Positions 8,902 to 13,653 of a stretch of 13,653 bases of DNA are shown piece by piece. The position numbers and the translations under genes are program-made. The notes under the pieces were generated by a model. That model was given only the letters and a program-made list of their open reading frames with translations. It was not told the origin of the DNA and did not search any database. How positions within the stretch are numbered: the first letter of the stretch is position 1; every line of letters starts with the position of its first letter. Source of the stretch: Oligoflexus sp. (lineage in GTDB: Bacteria > Bdellovibrionota_B > Oligoflexia > Oligoflexales > Oligoflexaceae); the NCBI GenBank assembly GCA_041736305.1, contig JBGSTX010000057.1:1-13653 (forward strand). The letters are read 5' to 3'.

Positions 8902-9964
8902 CTGTAGTTCCCTTCTGCCCCTGAGCTCCGGCTTCGCTCAAGGGGTACTTGCCTATTTTATCTTCTATCGTCCGCAAAATCTTCTCGGCTTCTTGCCTTT
9001 GCAGCTCTTTTTCGCTCAGGACCTGCGCTTGAGCACTCCCCGCTTTGGCTCCCTGGCCCTCTTTTGCACTCAGAGTCGGCATATCCTTAGAACTCTGGTT
9101 CTGGCCGCCGTCTTTTTCTGGAAAGGCCGCATTTTTATTGTCGGCCGCATTCTGCTTCTCCGCTTCTTCTTCACCGGCTGCTTTTGCGTTTGCATGCGCG
9201 TCTTTTTTAGAATTTTCGGGCGAAGGGGAACTGCTGGACTGTTTTTCCCCAGTCTTTTGCTGTTCACCTTCAGCTCCTTGCTCTTTTTGAGGCTGGCCCT
9301 GATTTTGCTGCTCGTTTTGCTTATTGCTGGCCTGCTCTTCCTGAGACTTTCCGGGTGATGACTCGTCTTTCTGATCTTGGTCTTGTTTAGTCTCGCCAGG
9401 ATTAGACTCTTGAGCACCTGGATTTTGCTGGGAATCCTTCTGATCGTCGCCGGGCTTTTCTTGATCTTCCTGCTGGTCCTTATTCTGGTTTTGGCTTTGG
9501 CCCTCGCTCTTCTTTTCTTTTTCTTTCTGCTGCTTCTGCTGCTCTCGCACCCATTCAAGATTGTCGCTGATCATAGTATTTGCGTTGTCATAGCTGAGGG
9601 CTTCTTGAAAACTCTGCTCGGCTTGCTCAAGGCGCTTGAGCATAATCTCACTCATGCCTTGATTGTAGGCGGCGCGGCTCTTGAGACCCGTATCGGAAGT
9701 CTGTTTAGCCTGCTCAAAAAGGCTACGAGCTTCTTCGTACTTGCCCTGCTTATAGAGACTGAGACCGGTGTTGAAAACCTGAGACCAATCGCGTGGGCTG
9801 TCCTTGAGGTGATGACGGAACTTGGACTCTGCGTCAGCATGTTTTTCTGCGCGGTAGGCTTGGTAAGCTTCACTGAGAGGATTAGCGAAGGCTTTGGGAA
9901 CTATGAGCACCCAAATACTGCAGCAGAAAAGGAACCCAAGCTTGCGTGAAACTACCATCTGCAT
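8885..9964 (-). CDS. batC: BatC-like TPR protein with long Q/K/E/S-rich low-complexity linker
   Basis: The preferred start is ATG at 9964, overlapping the upstream TGA (TGATG) with SD GGAG, not 10090. It has a signal peptide, TPRs (FNTGLSLYKQGKYEEA, AAYNQG...NLE), a Gln-rich linker, and the BatC-type tail EAEKILRTIED...KNW. Confidence 0.8.
   Translation of the reverse strand: MQMVVSRKLGFLFCCSIWVLIVPKAFANPLSEAYQAYRAEKHADAESKFRHHLKDSPRDWSQVFNTGLSLYKQGKYEEARSLFEQAKQTSDTGLKSRAAYNQGMSEIMLKRLEQAEQSFQEALSYDNANTMISDNLEWVREQQKQQKEKEKKSEGQSQNQNKDQQEDQEKPGDDQKDSQQNPGAQESNPGETKQDQDQKDESSPGKSQEEQASNKQNEQQNQGQPQKEQGAEGEQQKTGEKQSSSSPSPENSKKDAHANAKAAGEEEAEKQNAADNKNAAFPEKDGGQNQSSKDMPTLSAKEGQGAKAGSAQAQVLSEKELQRQEAEKILRTIEDKIGKYPLSEAGAQGQKGTTDGKNW
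9025..9545 (-). repeat. Low-complexity coding region (Q/K/E/S/D-rich disordered linker of BatC)
   Basis: Translation runs EQQKQQKEKEKKSEGQSQNQNKDQQEDQEK.... The + strand is strongly T/C-rich here. There is no exact tandem unit. Confidence 0.7.
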
Positions 9965-10479
9965 CAAGCTCCCTCTCTCCATTGCCGAATCCAGGCTCCG
10001 ATTTCTTGGCGCCAGGAGCGATGCTCGGCGGCGGTGCCGAGACCTTCTGCAAATTTTATCCGATCTGCCTTCTCGAGAAAACTCAACCATTCCTTCTTCC
10101 GCTCAGCCGGAACTTCCGCCAAGCCTTCTAAACTACGTCGCAGTTCTTCAAGGGTCTGTCCGGTGGCACCGAAACCGAAGCGCTGTTCCAGGCCCTCCCG
10201 AAACAAAAGACTGAGCTGGCCATAATAAGCCTGAACGTCTTCGCGACGGTCACCGGCAATATCGCCGAGATTCTCGACTCTCTCGCATATCTCCTGCCAA
10301 GGATCGCGAGGCGCCGCAGCTTTTCGCGGCTTTCTTCGGCGCCAGCGAGTATAGGCGAAAATTCCTGAGAGAATAATAAAAGCCGCCAGAGCCCAGACCC
10401 AAGGTGACTGCCAGAGTTCAGGCGCCTGCTCGAGTCCGATAAGACCGTGGGGAGGGGCCGCAACGTTAGGATCTTGCAT
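9964..10479 (-). CDS. DUF4381-like single-pass membrane protein of moxR-bat operons
   Basis: Short N-terminus, TM (WVWALAAFIILSGIFAY), basic stretch RWRRRK, then YYGQLSLLFREGLEQRFG...TLEEL...ADRIKFA. ATG at 10479 has SD-like AAGGTGG. GTG at 10488 is an alternative start. Confidence 0.75.
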   Translation of the reverse strand: MQDPNVAAPPHGLIGLEQAPELWQSPWVWALAAFIILSGIFAYTRWRRRKPRKAAAPRDPWQEICERVENLGDIAGDRREDVQAYYGQLSLLFREGLEQRFGFGATGQTLEELRRSLEGLAEVPAERKKEWLSFLEKADRIKFAEGLGTAAEHRSWRQEIGAWIRQWREGA

Positions 10480-10489
10480 GAGAGCCACC

Positions 10490-11467
10490 TTAGGGGACGT
10501 CTACATGTGAAAGAATAGTGGAAATCAGGTGATCTGTGCTGACATTCTCTGCCTCTGCTTCATAGGTAGGAATGAGGCGATGCCGTAAAATATCATGACT
10601 TACATCTTTTACATCCTGCGGCGTTACGTAGCTCCGACCTTGGAACAGAGCATTGAGGCGCGCGGCGCGATCGAGATTAATCGAAGCCCGGGGGCTGGCA
10701 CCGACTTGGATGAGACTGCTGAGTCGAGCTAAACCAAACTCGGCAGGCTGTCGGCTGGCAAAGACCAGCTGTACAATATAGCGACGTATAGGTTCGGCGA
10801 CGTGAATGCGTTTGAACAAGTCCTGGAACTTCAAAACATCGTCACTCGACATTACTTTAGGAAGTTGTTCATCCTCGTCTGTCGCCATGCGCGTCACCAC
10901 GGCAATTTCCTCGTCCAAGGTATTGTAATTCACCTTTACCTTGAAGAAAAAGCGGTCGACTTGAGCTTCTGGAAGCGGATATGTCCCCTCCTGCTCGATA
11001 GGATTCTGGGTCGCCATCACGAGAAAAGGCTGAGGAAGGCGATAGGTCTGATCGCCCAGGGTTACCTGCCGCTCTTGCATGGCCTCCAGCAGAGCCGACT
11101 GCACTTTGGCGGGGGCACGGTTGATTTCATCGGCGATGAGAAGATTCGTGAAAATGGGGCCTTTTTTGACTTTAAATTCAGCCTGACGCGGATCGTAGAT
11201 CTGGGTACCGACCACATCGGCAGGAAGCAGATCGGGAGTGAACTGTATTCGCGCGACGCCGAGGTCCGAACAATCGCTCAGGGCTTTGACTGAGGTCGTC
11301 TTAGCTAGGCCTGGCAAACCCTCGAGCAGAACATGGCCCTGGCCAATGAGACCCATAAGCAGTCGCTCAATAACCTGACGGTGACCGACGACCCGTCGAC
11401 CGACGGTCTTCAACACAGTCTGGATCTTTTCGGCAGCCCATTCTATTTCATGTTCATTCGCGGACAC
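10490..11467 (-). CDS. moxR: MoxR-family AAA+ ATPase (MoxR-proper type)
   Basis: Walker A GLPGLAKT, RIQFTPDLLPAD, Walker B LIADEINRA, ATQNPIEQEGTYPLPEAQVDRF, and GASPRAS. GTG start 3 nt after the S8 stop, with SD GAGG. Confidence 0.95.
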   Translation of the reverse strand: MSANEHEIEWAAEKIQTVLKTVGRRVVGHRQVIERLLMGLIGQGHVLLEGLPGLAKTTSVKALSDCSDLGVARIQFTPDLLPADVVGTQIYDPRQAEFKVKKGPIFTNLLIADEINRAPAKVQSALLEAMQERQVTLGDQTYRLPQPFLVMATQNPIEQEGTYPLPEAQVDRFFFKVKVNYNTLDEEIAVVTRMATDEDEQLPKVMSSDDVLKFQDLFKRIHVAEPIRRYIVQLVFASRQPAEFGLARLSSLIQVGASPRASINLDRAARLNALFQGRSYVTPQDVKDVSHDILRHRLIPTYEAEAENVSTDHLISTILSHVDVP

Positions 11468-11470
11468 GCG

Positions 11471-13270
11471 TCACCTCGTTTTGCAGAAGCGTAAGAGTGC
11501 GATTAACCCGGGCAGACTCAACCAAAACCACAAGGAGCCGGCCCCCGAGGGACCACCGACGACGCCGCAGCCTGGCTTGATGCGATTTGGGCGGTTCACA
11601 TCCAGAGTGGGTACCGCATCAAGCTCTGGACTCACGGCTGTAAGAGCGTTGATCAAGCCGGTACCGAGCAAAGGTACCAGCTTACCGTTAACGAGCGGCC
11701 GATAGCCACCGTTAACATCTTGACCGTAAAGCAGCTCAGGGTTAGCGCTCGCTTTGAGTCTCTCTTCGAGTTCCACGGCCGTCAACTCCGGTTGTTTCGC
11801 GAGGACGAGCCCCGCAACACCGGCCACCATAGGCGTCGACATCGAAGTCCCTATCTTACAGCCTGCTTCTCCCCCCGGCACAGTCGAAAGTATACCTCCA
11901 AAGCGACTGTTAGCCGAAATACATCCATTCCAGTCCCCAGGAGCAGCGACGTCGACCCACATGCCGAAGTTCGAAGATTCGCTCTTCTGTGGATAATCGA
12001 CTTCCGCTATTACGTTAGATACCGCTATCACATCGTCGAAAGCTGCTGGATACTGTCGCCGGTTCGAGTCTTCGTTACCAGCTGCGGCTATCATTAAGGT
12101 CCCGCGTCCAAATTTTTTGAGGGCCGAAATAAAGAGCTCGACCGATCGCGTGCTTTCAAATTTACCATACGATGCGTTGATAATCCTGGCAAGAGGCTGA
12201 CCGCCGAGCTGAAAACCTGAGATGTAGGAAAGCCCGGCGATAATCGAGGCATCCGAGATCGCAAAGCGGCCGGCATCGTTTTCGACGACCCGCACAACCA
12301 GGATTTTACAGTAAGGACAAACACCCGTAAACCGATCGGCGCCTCGGGCCGCGATGATACCGGCGACGTGGGTTCCGTGTTCGCACTGGCTGGCCGCATC
12401 CCCTAATTCATAGGGACAAGTTTGATTGAAGCCTGTGGTTCCGGTCGGAAACACACTGCCGTTGCCAAGCTCGTCTTTATTGCTAGCGGTTGTATTGCAG
12501 CCGTAACGATCGTCGCGGCATTGCAACTTATTCTCGCCCCGCTCATTTACATAGACGGCTTCGCGCAAATTCGGATGCTCGACATCTACGCCACTGTCCA
12601 TGACAACTACGAGAGGAGAGGCCGGATTATCGATCTTGCCGATCTCCTGGATGGCCTCAGCAAACTTGATCTGCTCAAGCCATGGGGCTACGGAAGAATT
12701 TGCCCCGCCGAACGCTTCGACGAGCTGGTCTTCAAGTTCCCCTTTGAGTTCTTGTATATAGTTCGGCTCAGCGTACCAGATTCTCTTATCGCTATACCAG
12801 CGGCTGAGAGTTGCACGAGCTTCTCCTTCACTTCTAAATTTCACTTCAACGAGACTGGCCATGCGCTCTTCAATCGGCGGTTCTTGCTTCAGCCAGGGGG
12901 CTGGTTCGATAAGGCGCTTATTGCTAAAGGAGCGGGACAGATGACTGAGGTTGAGAGTCGCAAAATAGCGCAGATTCTTTAGCCGCGAAGCTTGAGCCCA
13001 GGGCTGGCTCAAGGCTGCAAAATGGGCGAGAGCGCGCCGCTGATAGCCAGCAAACGGCTGCTGCTCATCGACGAGATTGCGAAAGGCAACCAGATAAGAA
13101 TTGGGCCTGACGCGCTGCTCTTGGATCTCAGTCGGAGTCGCGAAATGAAGATTAGCAAGTGGATCATTTTCGCTCATATGTACTGCATCGTCGTCTCGGC
13201 CACAGGCCGAATTCAGCACGAAGACAAGAACAAGAAGAGCCAAAAGACAAGAGAGCTTAATGTGCCGCAA
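11471..13270 (-). CDS. S8 (subtilisin-like) serine peptidase; predicted lipoprotein with C-terminal Cys/TM sorting-like tail
   Basis: Triad VMDSGVD / EHGTHVAG / GTSMSTPMVAG and oxyanion AAAGNE. The N-terminus is basic then hydrophobic, ending in NSA-C (Cys23), followed by a prodomain ending YAEPNY. The C-terminus is GCGVVGG...LWFWLSLPGLIALLRFCKTR. TTG start with GAGGGGG upstream. Confidence 0.92.
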   Translation of the reverse strand: MRHIKLSCLLALLVLVFVLNSACGRDDDAVHMSENDPLANLHFATPTEIQEQRVRPNSYLVAFRNLVDEQQPFAGYQRRALAHFAALSQPWAQASRLKNLRYFATLNLSHLSRSFSNKRLIEPAPWLKQEPPIEERMASLVEVKFRSEGEARATLSRWYSDKRIWYAEPNYIQELKGELEDQLVEAFGGANSSVAPWLEQIKFAEAIQEIGKIDNPASPLVVVMDSGVDVEHPNLREAVYVNERGENKLQCRDDRYGCNTTASNKDELGNGSVFPTGTTGFNQTCPYELGDAASQCEHGTHVAGIIAARGADRFTGVCPYCKILVVRVVENDAGRFAISDASIIAGLSYISGFQLGGQPLARIINASYGKFESTRSVELFISALKKFGRGTLMIAAAGNEDSNRRQYPAAFDDVIAVSNVIAEVDYPQKSESSNFGMWVDVAAPGDWNGCISANSRFGGILSTVPGGEAGCKIGTSMSTPMVAGVAGLVLAKQPELTAVELEERLKASANPELLYGQDVNGGYRPLVNGKLVPLLGTGLINALTAVSPELDAVPTLDVNRPNRIKPGCGVVGGPSGAGSLWFWLSLPGLIALLRFCKTR

Positions 13271-13293
13271 ACCCTACCCCCTCAGATTTTTGT

Positions 13294-13323
13294 ATGATAC
13301 GCCGGCCACGGAAAGAGGCTCAA
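13294..13323 (-). promoter_or_regulatory. Putative sigma70 promoter of the S8-moxR-bat operon
   Basis: Minus strand TTGAGC (13323-13318), 18 bp spacer, TATCAT (13299-13294), ending 23 nt upstream of the TTG start. Confidence 0.5.
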
Positions 13324-13444
13324 GATCAAAGCAGAATCAAGGAAGAAGAGCAAATTGAGATCAGTGCGCAGGCGAGATCGAAATTTATGCGGCAAGTTTT
13401 GGGTGATACGCTGGTCTTACCATGGTTGAAATGGCGAGGAATGG

Positions 13445-13467
13445 TTATCCACAGGAGCAGTGGATAA
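13445..13467. promoter_or_regulatory. Inverted pair of DnaA boxes
   Basis: TTATCCACA (13445-13453) is a perfect consensus. AGTGGATAA (13459-13467) reads TTATCCACT on the minus strand, one mismatch. Both are intergenic. Confidence 0.6.
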
Positions 13468-13476
13468 GCTCCAAAC

Positions 13477-13489
13477 TATCAATAAATTA
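13477..13489 (+). promoter_or_regulatory. Putative IHF-binding site
   Basis: TATCAATAAATTA matches WATCAANNNNTTR exactly and lies in an AT-rich tract. A second one-mismatch site (AATCAAAATGGTG) is on the minus strand at 13522-13510. Confidence 0.45.
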
Positions 13490-13653
13490 TACAATCATTT
13501 CAGATAGTTCACCATTTTGATTAAATTTTGAGCATAGCGTGGCTTCATTCGATTTCACGCTACATCTAGTAGTCCTTCCAACCTGCAAATATGTCACCCT
13601 CAAGGTCCTATCGATGCATAAACTTCGCGAGTCGCATATGACTCATGCGGCAA

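Noticed and set aside
8993..9949. Hydrophobic + strand ORFs (121 aa, 190 aa) resembling membrane proteins
   Set aside because: They are antisense shadows of the Q/K/E-rich batC codons.
9965..10090. N-terminal extension of batC in the ORF track
   Set aside because: It overlaps the DUF4381-like gene in another frame. ATG at 9964 has an SD, a TGATG coupling and is directly followed by a signal peptide.
11988..11996. Perfect DnaA box TGTGGATAA inside the S8 gene
   Set aside because: A single isolated 9-mer within coding sequence (around the YPQ codons), compatible with chance.
12305..12325. CPYC as a glutaredoxin active site
   Set aside because: It lies at the subtilase GVAPxAKI position (GVCPYCKIL), with no thioredoxin fold around it.
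10490..13270. AAA ATPase + S8 peptidase as an IetAS-type toxin-antitoxin/defence pair
   Set aside because: The ATPase is a typical bat-linked MoxR and the protease is exported and membrane-anchored. IetAS-type pairs use a different AAA family and a cytoplasmic S8.
525..13297. Remaining short alternative-frame and antisense ORFs in the track
   Set aside because: All overlap well-supported genes and show no recognisable motifs.
13614..13653. Possible start of a + strand gene (MHKLRESHMTHAA...) and short overlapping inverted repeats
   Set aside because: Only 13 codons are visible, the SD is weak and the stems are 5 bp. It cannot be supported from this window.

Overview
Chromosomal bacterial DNA with ten densely packed genes in two convergent blocks. 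The gene styles suggest Oligoflexia/Bdellovibrionota or a related deltaproteobacterial lineage, but this is inference only. Plus strand: a 5'-truncated dsbD, a patatin-like phospholipase with an N-terminal degenerate receiver-like domain, and maiA/GST-zeta. Minus strand: a tightly coupled operon of S8 subtilase (lipobox plus C-terminal Cys/TM tail), moxR, a DUF4381-like membrane protein, batC, batD and batE, closed by an intrinsic terminator. A separately promoted TPR-Slt70-like lytic transglycosylase follows it. Most notable observations: (1) the moxR-bat operon lacks all three usual vWA-type genes (DUF58, batA, batB), has no room for them, and is led by a secreted protease; (2) the pseudo-receiver-patatin fusion; (3) an AT-rich end region with an inverted DnaA-box pair next to a perfect IHF consensus, which could be oriC-like or DnaA-regulated. 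No rRNA, tRNA, CRISPR array or mobile element was seen.
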